Part shown: positions 1-8,249 of the stretch, in pieces | How the letters are laid out: the number at the start of each line of letters is the position of its first letter | Numbering within the stretch: the first letter of the stretch is position 1 | Assembly (NCBI GenBank): GCA_016186765.1 | Contig: JACPLD010000001.1 | Span: 1 to 40,559, forward strand | From: Candidatus Kaiserbacteria bacterium | GTDB taxonomy: Bacteria; Patescibacteriota; Minisyncoccia; Phycocordibacterales; UBA2100 | Direction of reading: 5' to 3' | Length of the DNA: 40,559 nt | Position numbers and translations under genes: made by a program | The notes under the pieces: model-generated | Databases searched by the model: none | Seen by the model: only the letters and a program-made list of their open reading frames with translations | What the model was told of the DNA's origin: nothing

Positions 1-85
1 GTGCCGGGAGAGAGACTCGAACTCTCATGACCTTGCGATCTCACGATTTTGAGTCGTGTGCGTCTACCAGTTCCGCCATCCCGGC
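1..85 (-). tRNA. tRNA-Leu (anticodon CAA), 3' CCA cut by window edge
   Basis: Reverse complement GCCGGGATGGCGGAACTGGTAGACGCA-CACGA CT CAA AA TCGTG-long variable arm-GTTCGAGTC-TCCCGGC-A-C. Acceptor stem GCCGGGA/TCCCGGC. Confidence 0.95.
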
Positions 86-93
86 GCGATTCA

Positions 94-128
94 ATACTAT
101 ATACGAAATACGATATACGGTATACTTT
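94..128. repeat. Five tandem heptamers ATACNNN between tRNA-Leu and parB
   Basis: ATACTAT ATACGAA ATACGAT ATACGGT ATACTTT; the last junction forms TATACT (121-126), 6 nt before the parB ATG. Confidence 0.8.
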
Positions 129-132
129 GCGC

Positions 133-1080
133 ATGACCGCGTACTTCAACAACTCCATTTTTTGGGTCGAAGTCGACAGGATAAAGCCGAATCCGTTTCA
201 GCCGCGCAAGAGCTTCGACGAAGCTTCACTTGCGTCGCTTGCCGAGTCGATCCGAAGCTATGGTGTCCTTCAGCCGCTCACGGTTACGCGCAATGAGATC
301 GAAAAGCCTGGAGAGGGAATCTCTGTCGAGTACGAGCTCATTGCCGGAGAGCGACGACTTCGTGCGGCAAAATTGGCGGGTATTCAGCAAGTACCGGTCG
401 TCATCAGAAGTGGCGAGGACGACGATCGCCTCAAGCTTGAGCTCGCGATTATTGAGAATCTACAGCGTGAGGACCTGAATCCAGTTGATCGCGCGCAGGC
501 GTTCAAGCGACTCGTTGAAGAGTTTGGCTTGAAGCACATTGAGATAGGCAAGCGGGTAGGCAAGAGCCGCGAGTACGTGTCGAATTCACTGCGTATTCTC
601 CTTCTGCCGCAAGACATGCTCGGTGCTCTCTCGAAAAGCGAAATCAGCGAAGGGCACACACGCCCCCTACTCATGCTTATGGACAGACCTCAAGAACAAC
701 GGGCGCTCTTCGTCGAGATCATAACGCGCAAGCTCAACGTCCGTGATGCCGAGCAGCTCGCACGGCGTGTGACGCCCGAGAAGACCCGCAAGTCCGACCT
801 CACTCCCGAACTTCTTTTGCTTGAGCGCGAGCTCACCGAAAGACTCGGCACTCGCGTGCGCATAGAGAAAAAACAAGAGGGAGGGAAAGTTACAATTGAT
901 TTCTTCTCAGTTGACGATCTTGCGCACATTAGGAAAGTGCTCACGCCCCAAGAGCCGGCCTCGCAACGTGTGTCGTTGCAGCCAGAAACGCCGGAAGAAG
1001 TCAGAGCAGCGGAAGGAGTTCCAGAGAAGGCAGGTGAGCAGCAGGATGATCTCTACTCAATAAGAAATTTTACGGTTTAA
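133..1080 (+). CDS. parB: ParB/Spo0J chromosome partitioning protein
   Basis: PNPFQPRKSF, GVLQPL, YELIAGERRLRAA and IENLQREDLNPV motifs plus HTH. Start moved to ATG 133 because the longer ORF overlaps the tRNA. Confidence 0.95.
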   Translation: MTAYFNNSIFWVEVDRIKPNPFQPRKSFDEASLASLAESIRSYGVLQPLTVTRNEIEKPGEGISVEYELIAGERRLRAAKLAGIQQVPVVIRSGEDDDRLKLELAIIENLQREDLNPVDRAQAFKRLVEEFGLKHIEIGKRVGKSREYVSNSLRILLLPQDMLGALSKSEISEGHTRPLLMLMDRPQEQRALFVEIITRKLNVRDAEQLARRVTPEKTRKSDLTPELLLLERELTERLGTRVRIEKKQEGGKVTIDFFSVDDLAHIRKVLTPQEPASQRVSLQPETPEEVRAAEGVPEKAGEQQDDLYSIRNFTV

Positions 1081-2621
1081 GGCGCGGTTTCTTTCCTTGC
1101 GAGCGCGGCACGAATGTGTTTTTTTGCCATGCTCGTTTTGGCGATATCGTGCCATTTGCGCGTGGGATGCGAAGAGGGTTTCGTAATTATTTCCACGAGA
1201 TCTCCATTCCGCAGAGGCGTGTCGATGGAGACCATTTTGCCGTTCACCCTCGCGCCCGACATGTGGTTTCCGAGATCGGAGTGCACGGCATAGGCAAAGT
1301 CGATCGGGGTGGCGGCGACAGGTAGATCGATAACGTCCCCTTTTGGCGTGAAGACGAAAACCCGGTGGCTGAAGAAGTCGGTTTTCAGGGTGTCGAGGTA
1401 CTCTTCGGATGCACTTCCTTCTGCGTGCGCGTGCGCGAGCTCCTTTACCCATTCAGGGACTGTGCCAGTGATACTTTCTACGGCGGGTGCCGATTTCTGT
1501 GAACTCCTGCGCCACAGCGGAACGAATTGGCGTATCCATTCAAGACTGCCCCGGGAGCTCTCGATGCCGCTTTGCACTTCTTTATAGGTGAGGTGTGAGG
1601 CGATACCATACTGTGCCTCGCGATGTTGTGACTCGGTGCGGACCTGTATCTCGAGAGCACCGCCGTCGCCGGTGTAGACGGTCGTGTGGATGGATTGGTA
1701 GCCGTTCGGCTTCGGGAATGCGATGTAGTCCTTTATCTTTCCGGGCACGGGTCGCCAGTGCGCGTGGATGATGCCGAGGGCTGTGTAGCAATCGGCGAGC
1801 GAGGGGAAAATGATCCGAAGGGCGAGGACGTCGTGGATCTTGCTGATATCCCAAGCTTTTCGTTCGAGCTTGCGGAAGAGGCTATAGGTGCCCTTGATGC
1901 GCGCCTCGGTGCGAAATGTCCGGAGCCCTGCCTCGGCGAGTTCTCGCTTGAGATCCCGTTCCGTTTTCTCGAGGCGTTTCTCGTTCTCGTTCCTGCGTTG
2001 CTTGAAGAATTCTCGGGTCTTTTCGTATTCCTTAGGGTAGGCGAAAGAGAACGCAGCATCTTCGAGTTGCTGTTTTGTGACACTCATACCGAGTCTGTCC
2101 GCGATCGGCGCGTAGATCTCAAGTGTTTCTTGAGCGATACGACGGCGCTTCTCTTCGCGGGGCACGTGCTCAAGCGTCTGCGCGTTGTGCAGGCGGTCCA
2201 TGAGTTTGATGATGAGTACGCGGATGTCCTTGGCGGTCGCTGCGAAAAGCTTCCGCAAACTTTCGGTGTGTCGCTCTAAGCCACGGTAGCGGAGTGTACC
2301 GAGCTTCGTCACGCCTTGCACGAGCGAGAGTACCTCGGCGCCAAATGTCTCCTCAATGATTTTCGGTTTTATACCGGCGTCCTCGATCGTATCGTGCAAA
2401 AGTCCGGCGGCTATCGCCCGCACGTCCATTCCTGCGACGGCGAGCAAGTAGCCTACCTCAGCGGGGTGCACAAAGTAGGGGTCTCCAGAATACCGCTGTT
2501 GCGCTTTGTGCGCGTCTCTCGCGAATTCGTAGGCCTTTGTCACGAATTCGACATCTGCGTCGCTTTTTCCCGCCATCGCGGCAAGGATCTCAGACAGAGG
2601 ACGAATGGTAGCGGGAAGCAT
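1077..2621 (-). CDS. rel: RelA/SpoT (p)ppGpp synthetase/hydrolase with TGS domain, no ACT domain
   Basis: HD hydrolase (LLHDTIED), synthetase (KDYIAFPKPNGYQSIHT, EIQVRT), TGS (VFVFTPKG..TPIDFAYAVHS..GARVNGK). Confidence 0.93.
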   Translation of the reverse strand: MLPATIRPLSEILAAMAGKSDADVEFVTKAYEFARDAHKAQQRYSGDPYFVHPAEVGYLLAVAGMDVRAIAAGLLHDTIEDAGIKPKIIEETFGAEVLSLVQGVTKLGTLRYRGLERHTESLRKLFAATAKDIRVLIIKLMDRLHNAQTLEHVPREEKRRRIAQETLEIYAPIADRLGMSVTKQQLEDAAFSFAYPKEYEKTREFFKQRRNENEKRLEKTERDLKRELAEAGLRTFRTEARIKGTYSLFRKLERKAWDISKIHDVLALRIIFPSLADCYTALGIIHAHWRPVPGKIKDYIAFPKPNGYQSIHTTVYTGDGGALEIQVRTESQHREAQYGIASHLTYKEVQSGIESSRGSLEWIRQFVPLWRRSSQKSAPAVESITGTVPEWVKELAHAHAEGSASEEYLDTLKTDFFSHRVFVFTPKGDVIDLPVAATPIDFAYAVHSDLGNHMSGARVNGKMVSIDTPLRNGDLVEIITKPSSHPTRKWHDIAKTSMAKKHIRAALARKETAP

Positions 2622-2627
2622 GAAAAA

Positions 2628-2637
2628 ATAGTACTAT
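2628..2637. promoter_or_regulatory. Palindromic bidirectional -10 candidate ATAGTACTAT
   Basis: Perfect palindrome giving TACTAT on both strands: 6 nt before the rel ATG (minus) and upstream of the 2671 ORF leader (plus). Confidence 0.5.
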
Positions 2638-2670
2638 CAGGACCCCGAAGGTCAAATGAAGGAGAATTCC

Positions 2671-2859
2671 ATGAGCGATTTGTTCCCGCGGGAGAGTGAG
2701 ACAAGCGAAGCCGACGGATTTGATGCTCCTTCTGGCGAGGGCACCGACGTATCGTCACTGAAGTGTCTGAAGCCCCTCCAATGCGGTGGCGTTGTGGAAC
2801 AACGTTCCCCGCTGGAGGCAGGGACGCCGTGTCCCGTTTGCGGTGGCCCGACAGCGTAA
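2671..2859 (+). CDS. Small acidic protein with four Cys (possible Zn ribbon), 62 aa
   Basis: AAGGAG SD before ATG 2671; CLKPLQC...CPVCGG; followed by a strong hairpin. Confidence 0.6.
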   Translation: MSDLFPRESETSEADGFDAPSGEGTDVSSLKCLKPLQCGGVVEQRSPLEAGTPCPVCGGPTA

Positions 2860-2884
2860 AAGCTCGCTTCTCTCCCCACCCCTT

Positions 2885-2915
2885 GTCGCCGGTCGGCATC
2901 CGCTTGGCCGGCGAC
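2885..2915. terminator. GC-rich hairpin between the convergent small ORF and topA
   Basis: GTCGCCGG...CCGGCGAC inverted repeat, extendable with G-U pairs. Confidence 0.65.
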
Positions 2916-2916
2916 T

Positions 2917-5112
2917 CTATTTCTTCTTGTGCGGATGGTGGTTGGGACAACTCTTATTTGAGCATCGCTCCGGTATCGTCTTTGTGCCCTCCATCATGAG
3001 TGAGCCGCACTCAGGGCACGTGCGCCCCGTGGGACGGGCCTTGATTGCATATTTGCACTCGGGGTAATTGGAGCATGAGTAAAAGACGCCGAAGCGACCC
3101 TTGCGCTCGACCATTTCGCCTTTTTTACACACGGGGCAGGCAACACCCGTTTTGGCCAGCTCTTCCTCCGCGGGATCTTTTTTGACGAACTTGCATTTGG
3201 GATAGTTGGAGCAGGCGATAAATCGGCCAAAGCGCCCCTCGCGTTCTATCAACTGTCCCGGCTTTCCGTTCTTTGCCTGCGGTGAGCTTGTCGAACCGCA
3301 TTGTGGACATGGCTCGCCGATCTCTTTTGGAGGAGCTATCTCGCTTCCGTCCTCCTTGCGGGCGCCGAGGCACTCCGGAAAGCGCTTGCAGCTCATGAAG
3401 CGGCCGCTCCGAGAGAGCTTGTAGACCATAGGACCACCGCACAGCGGGCAGGGAAATTCTTCCGGGGCATCGCCCATGTTGGTGAGCTTCTCGATCGTGC
3501 TCTTGCTTTTTACAGCCTTCGTGAACGGCGTATAGAAATCTTTGAGTGTTTTTTTGTACTCTCGCTTCCCTTCCGCTATCTCGTCGAGCTCGTCCTCCAT
3601 TTCTGCGGTGAACGTATCACTGATGTAGTCTTTGAAGTGCTCTTCGAGGAAGGTGGAGACTACGTCGCCCGTGTGCGTGGGAACGAGCGTACGGCCTTGC
3701 TTTTCCACATAGCCGCGGTCCTCCAAAGTCTTGATGATGCTCGCGTAGGTGGATGGCCGGCCGATGCCCCGCTTTTCGAGCTCTTTCACGAGGCCCGCCT
3801 CCGAGTAGCGCGGCGGCGGCTCGGTTTCTTTCTCATCCACATGCGCTTGTATGAGCGTGAGCGGATCGTGTGCCGCCACTTTCGGCAGCTCTATTTCTTC
3901 GCCGCGCGCAGCTGGATCGCACGCAAGCCAGCCATCGAAGATGATGCGCGAACCGTTCGCGGTGAAATCGGGGATCGTCCGGCTCTCCACATTCCCGACG
4001 ATCTTCGTTCGGAGGATCCGTGCATCTGCCATTTGGCTTGCGAGCGTACGTGCGCGGATAAGCGCATACAATTTTTTTTGATCGTCGGTCGAACCCGCTG
4101 TCCGCTTTCCTGCGTCGGTCGGTCTGATCGCTTCATGCGCTTCCTGTGCGAGCTTGCTTTTCGTTTTGTACGTGCGTGCCTGATGGTATTTCTCGCCGAA
4201 TTCTTTCGTGACGACAGCCGCCAAGTGTCCGAGTGCTTCCTTTGCAAGATTCGTCGAGTCGGTGCGCATGTAGGTAATGAAGCCGCTCTCGTAGAGTTTT
4301 TGCGCCGCGCGCATCGTGCGTGAGGGAGAGAAACCGAGACGTGTCGAGGCGGCCTGCTGCATGGTGGAAGTGGTGAACGGGGCGCGCGGCGCACGCGCGG
4401 CCTCGGACTCGGCGACGTCCACAACGCCCCACTTCTCCGACTCTGCCGTCTTGAGGATACGTCCTGCTTCTTTTTGGTCGGTCGGCTCTTCGGTGCAGGT
4501 AGCGGTAAAGCGTTCTTTCTTCTTGGTCTCAAGTTCCGCGCTTATGACCCAGAATTTCTCTGGTACAAAGGCGCGGATTTCGCGCTCGCGTTCCATGAGA
4601 ATGCGAAGCGCGGGGGATTGCACGCGGCCTGCAGAGAGGCCATAGCGAACCTTTTTCCACACCAAGCCCGAGAGATCGTAGCCAAAGAGGCGGTCCAAGA
4701 CACGCCGCGCTTCCTGGGCTTTCACGAGCTCGTCGTCGATACCACGGGGGTGTGTGAGTGCTTCCTGCACTGCATGCTCGGTGATTTCGTTGAAGACGAT
4801 GCGCTTCGGATCCTTGAGGCCGATGGTTTCCGAAAGGTGCCACGCGATCGCCTCCCCCTCACGATCGGGGTCTGTTGCGAGGATCACTTCGTCCGCCTTT
4901 TTAGCTTCTTTGTGTAAGGCGTCGATGACATGCTGTTTCTCTTTCACCACTTGGTAGCGCGGCACAAATCCGCTTTCGATGTCTACAGCGTCCTTGTTTG
5001 ACTTCGGCAAGTCGCGAATGTGTCCGACGCTCGCGCGCACCGTAAAACCCTCGCCGAGGTACTTTTCAATTGTCTTCGCCTTCGCGGGCGACTCAACTAT
5101 GACAAGCTTCAT
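2917..5112 (-). CDS. topA: DNA topoisomerase I with C-terminal zinc ribbons
   Basis: LVIVESPAKAKTI, LATDPDREGE, SAGRVQS, GFITYMRTDS, QEAHEAIRPT; several CPxC zinc-ribbon repeats. Confidence 0.97.
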   Translation of the reverse strand: MKLVIVESPAKAKTIEKYLGEGFTVRASVGHIRDLPKSNKDAVDIESGFVPRYQVVKEKQHVIDALHKEAKKADEVILATDPDREGEAIAWHLSETIGLKDPKRIVFNEITEHAVQEALTHPRGIDDELVKAQEARRVLDRLFGYDLSGLVWKKVRYGLSAGRVQSPALRILMEREREIRAFVPEKFWVISAELETKKKERFTATCTEEPTDQKEAGRILKTAESEKWGVVDVAESEAARAPRAPFTTSTMQQAASTRLGFSPSRTMRAAQKLYESGFITYMRTDSTNLAKEALGHLAAVVTKEFGEKYHQARTYKTKSKLAQEAHEAIRPTDAGKRTAGSTDDQKKLYALIRARTLASQMADARILRTKIVGNVESRTIPDFTANGSRIIFDGWLACDPAARGEEIELPKVAAHDPLTLIQAHVDEKETEPPPRYSEAGLVKELEKRGIGRPSTYASIIKTLEDRGYVEKQGRTLVPTHTGDVVSTFLEEHFKDYISDTFTAEMEDELDEIAEGKREYKKTLKDFYTPFTKAVKSKSTIEKLTNMGDAPEEFPCPLCGGPMVYKLSRSGRFMSCKRFPECLGARKEDGSEIAPPKEIGEPCPQCGSTSSPQAKNGKPGQLIEREGRFGRFIACSNYPKCKFVKKDPAEEELAKTGVACPVCKKGEMVERKGRFGVFYSCSNYPECKYAIKARPTGRTCPECGSLMMEGTKTIPERCSNKSCPNHHPHKKK
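3275..3300 (-). repeat. REP-like hairpin in frame within topA
   Basis: Sense strand TGCGGT-TCGACAAGCTC-ACCGCA-GGC, encoding CG-STSSPQA right after CPQC. Confidence 0.8.
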
Positions 5113-5171
5113 GGCGGCTAGTGATACTTCAGAAGCGTATCACGTGTCAAATGAAGCGATGTTGTAACTGT

Positions 5172-5993
5172 TCAGTTTGTATATACCTCTGCGAGCTGTC
5201 TGCTTTCAATCGGAATGCTCTCAAGATCGAGCTCCACGTGAATCGGATAGTGATCGGAACCGTGGCGCTCTGCTACAACGCGCGACGATTCTACAGAAAG
5301 ATGCTTCGAAATGAGTATATGGTCTAGCTGTCTGCTGATGAGGTGCGTTCGCTGGCCGCTTAGCGGATTTACGAGACCGAGTGCTGCAATGCGCTTCTCA
5401 AACTCGATGCGTTCGCGCTGGTAGCGAAGCGCATCGCTCACGCGTCCACCGAGGAGCCAGTTGAAGGGCGCGACAAACGGCGTGTCGAGAATGTTGAAGT
5501 CGCCACATACCAGGGTCGGCAGATGCGGGTTGTACTCACGCATTGCGGTCTCGAATTCGCGGCGTCGCGCTTCTGGGTGCGCGAGCGTGAGGTGGAGACA
5601 AAACACGCGCACAGGATTCGAGAAGCCGTCGATCTCGATATCTGCAAAAAAGCCATGACGGTTTCTCACACGCGACCAATGAATGGGTCGCATCGCTTGC
5701 ACAAAAAACCGCGTGCGAAGAGGCTGGTACGGCATCTCAAGCGCAAACTTACTGTGCGAGACGATTGGGTGACGACCTAAAATAACGAGATAGTTTCTTT
5801 CGATCCTGTCCGGATACACGCGATCAACATCGGGCGCGAACGCAATGTTCACGGGCAGTTTCTGAAGTCGGTACAGGAATTCGTCTGGCACTTCTTGCAA
5901 ACAGAGCACGTCGAAATCGAGGTTCTTGATGAACTCGAATGCCCGCTCGAGCTTTCCGTTGCGGAAAAATATGTTCCACGAGTAGATTTTCAT
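5172..5993 (-). CDS. Endonuclease/exonuclease/phosphatase (EEP) family protein
   Basis: SWNI, DVLCLQEV, LVCGDFN, LDHILIS and GSDHYPI motifs. Confidence 0.9.
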   Translation of the reverse strand: MKIYSWNIFFRNGKLERAFEFIKNLDFDVLCLQEVPDEFLYRLQKLPVNIAFAPDVDRVYPDRIERNYLVILGRHPIVSHSKFALEMPYQPLRTRFFVQAMRPIHWSRVRNRHGFFADIEIDGFSNPVRVFCLHLTLAHPEARRREFETAMREYNPHLPTLVCGDFNILDTPFVAPFNWLLGGRVSDALRYQRERIEFEKRIAALGLVNPLSGQRTHLISRQLDHILISKHLSVESSRVVAERHGSDHYPIHVELDLESIPIESRQLAEVYTN

Positions 5994-5994
5994 T

Positions 5995-6861
5995 TCATCG
6001 GATTCGAATGACCCCCAACTCCTCTATGATAAGGCCTTTGATCTCCATGGTCGAGAGCAAGATGTTGGCATCTGTGACTGGTAGCCCGAGTGCCTCGATG
6101 AGCTCGCTGCGAGAAAGGGGAGAGCTGATGATTTCAATTACCCGCCTCTCCTCCTCCGACAAGTCCTCGCGCAGTGAGGTAAGGGTCTCGGATGCCTCGC
6201 GCTTCGCGATGCCAAGCGCAACCAAAATATCCTCCGCGCTTGTCACCGCGGTCGCGCCGAGACGCAAGAATTGATGCGTTCCCTTACTCTCCTCCGAGAA
6301 GATGGAGCCGGGTACGACGAGCAGCTCGCGATTATACTCCACGGTGAGCCGCGCGGTGATGAGAGAGCCGGAGAGCTCTTTCGCCTCGACGATCAAGGTG
6401 GCGCGGCTCAAGCCCGCCATGATCCTGTTGCGCTTCGGGAACGTCCAGTCTGCCGCTTTCGTTTCGGGCTCTTCCTCGGAGAGAAGCGCACCGCCTGCTT
6501 TGAGGATCTCGCGCGCGAGGCCGACGTTTGCGCGCGGGTAGAGCGTGTCCCAATCCAATCCGCTTCCTGGCACTGCAACGGCGGGAAGCCCGACTTCAAG
6601 AGCGGCTCGATGGGCTGCCGCGTCCGCTCCGTACGCGAGCCCACTCACGATGACTATTGGATAGCCTCGAAGGCCTTCGATAAGGTGTTTGCACGCAGCG
6701 ATACCGTACGGTGTGAGAGCGCGGCTGCCGACGACGCACAGCCAGGAAAGGTCCTCGCTCGGAAACGTGCCGCGGAGGTACAGCTGCTTCGGGGCGTCGG
6801 GAATTTGGCGCAGGAGCGTCGGGAATTCGCCAGGGGAGAGCAGTTTGAGTTCATCGCTCAT
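5995..6861 (-). CDS. dprA: DNA-processing protein DprA
   Basis: VVGSR, IVSGLAYGADAAAH, FPKRNRIMAGLS, VEAKELSGSLITA; near topA. Confidence 0.95.
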   Translation of the reverse strand: MSDELKLLSPGEFPTLLRQIPDAPKQLYLRGTFPSEDLSWLCVVGSRALTPYGIAACKHLIEGLRGYPIVIVSGLAYGADAAAHRAALEVGLPAVAVPGSGLDWDTLYPRANVGLAREILKAGGALLSEEEPETKAADWTFPKRNRIMAGLSRATLIVEAKELSGSLITARLTVEYNRELLVVPGSIFSEESKGTHQFLRLGATAVTSAEDILVALGIAKREASETLTSLREDLSEEERRVIEIISSPLSRSELIEALGLPVTDANILLSTMEIKGLIIEELGVIRIR

Positions 6862-6883
6862 ATGGTGCTATCATCATAGGCAC

Positions 6884-6958
6884 AGAAAGGAGAAAGCAGA
6901 AGACAGTATGCAGTGAATTTCACGCGTTCTGCTTACTGCTTACGGCCTACTGCATTCT
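6884..6958. repeat. Two inverted heptamer arrays in the dprA/serS divergent intergenic region
   Basis: Left AGAAAGG AGAAAGC AGAAGAC AGTATGC; centre GTGAA-T-TTCAC; right GCGTTCT GCTTACT GCTTACG GCCTACT GCATTCT. Same GCNTWCT-like unit on opposite strands. Confidence 0.65.
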
Positions 6959-6959
6959 C

Positions 6960-8249
6960 ATGTTGGATATCAAGTTTATCCGAGAAAATAAGGACATTGT
7001 CGCTGCTGGGGCGAAGAAGAAACGTATTCAGATAGACCTCGACAAGCTTATCACGCTCGATGACAAGCGCCGGGAGCTCCAGAACAAAATCGATGAGAAG
7101 CGCGCGGAGCAAAATGCGGCCTCAAGCGCGATCGCGGCAGCAAAAGATCCTGCCGAGAAACAAACAATTGTCGCGCGCATGCAGGAGGTGAAAGAGACAC
7201 TTCGCCTTGAAGAGGAATCCCTGCAGGAAATCCTCAAAGAGTGGCGGATTCTGATGGTGCAGGTGCCGAATGTTCCCGACGTGTCGGTTCCGGAAGGTGA
7301 TTCTGACGCAGATAACAAAGAAGTGCGTCAATGGTCTCCCGCCTCCGGCTTTGGGGGCGAGAAGCCACAGTTCGATTTCGAGCCGAAAAGCCACACGGAG
7401 CTTCTTCTCATGCACGACATGGCCGATTACGAGCGAGGCGCAAAGGTTGCAGGATTTCGCGGGTACTTTCTCAAGAACGATGGCGCACGCATGGTGTGGG
7501 CTTTGGAGCGGTTCGTGCAGGACAGGTTCGCCGATAAGGGCTTTGTGCCGATGATCGTGCCATCGCTCGTGCGCCGTGAGAGCTTCGTCGGCACGGGCTA
7601 CCTTCCGCAGAGCGAAGAGGATCTCTACAAAACGCAAGACGGCGAGTACCTCGCGGGCACGGCGGAAGTCGCGACGATGGGTTATCTCCAGGACGAGATT
7701 TTGGAGAAGAAAGATTTGCCGCTCAAGTTCTTTTCTTTCTCACCGTGTTTTCGTCGCGAAGCGGGGAGCCATGGCAAGGACACGAAGGGCATATTTCGTA
7801 TTCACGAATTCGTGAAATATGAGCAGGTTGTTTTGTGCGAGGCAAAGCATGAGGAGTCCATTCGCTTGCATGAGGAAATTACTGAAAACGCGGAGCGTCT
7901 TTTGCAGGAGCTTGAGCTTCCGTACCATGTTGTCATCAACTGCGGAGCCGACCTTGGCTTAGGGCAAGTAAAAAAGTATGACATTGAGACATGGATGCCG
8001 AGCGAGAAGAAGTATCGGGAGACGCACTCTTCCTCATACTTTCATGATTTCCAGACGCGCCGCCTCAACATACGGTATCGCGATGAGGGCACCTTGCGCT
8101 ATGTGCACTCCCTGAACAACACCGCGCTCGCGACACCGCGCATCCTTACGCAGATCGTCGAGAACAATCAGCGTGCCGATGGCTCGATCTCGATTCCGGA
8201 GGCTCTCCGGAACTACATGGGGAAAGATGAGATCAGGCAGAATCGTTGA
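6960..8249 (+). CDS. serS: Serine--tRNA ligase
   Basis: MLDIKFIREN, coiled-coil arm, GTAE, FRREAGSHGKDTKGIFRIHEF, HSLNNTALA. Confidence 0.97.
   Translation: MLDIKFIRENKDIVAAGAKKKRIQIDLDKLITLDDKRRELQNKIDEKRAEQNAASSAIAAAKDPAEKQTIVARMQEVKETLRLEEESLQEILKEWRILMVQVPNVPDVSVPEGDSDADNKEVRQWSPASGFGGEKPQFDFEPKSHTELLLMHDMADYERGAKVAGFRGYFLKNDGARMVWALERFVQDRFADKGFVPMIVPSLVRRESFVGTGYLPQSEEDLYKTQDGEYLAGTAEVATMGYLQDEILEKKDLPLKFFSFSPCFRREAGSHGKDTKGIFRIHEFVKYEQVVLCEAKHEESIRLHEEITENAERLLQELELPYHVVINCGADLGLGQVKKYDIETWMPSEKKYRETHSSSYFHDFQTRRLNIRYRDEGTLRYVHSLNNTALATPRILTQIVENNQRADGSISIPEALRNYMGKDEIRQNR

Noticed and set aside
49-132. N-terminal extension of ParB in the ORF track
   Set aside because: Overlaps tRNA-Leu and the heptamer array; ATG 133 has a correctly spaced -10.
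3301-4323. 340-aa plus-strand ORF
   Set aside because: Antisense shadow of topA.
5136-5150. parS site (GTATCACGTGTCAA)
   Set aside because: Only the central TCACGTG matches TGTTTCACGTGAAACA; better explained as the topA -35 plus an inverted repeat.
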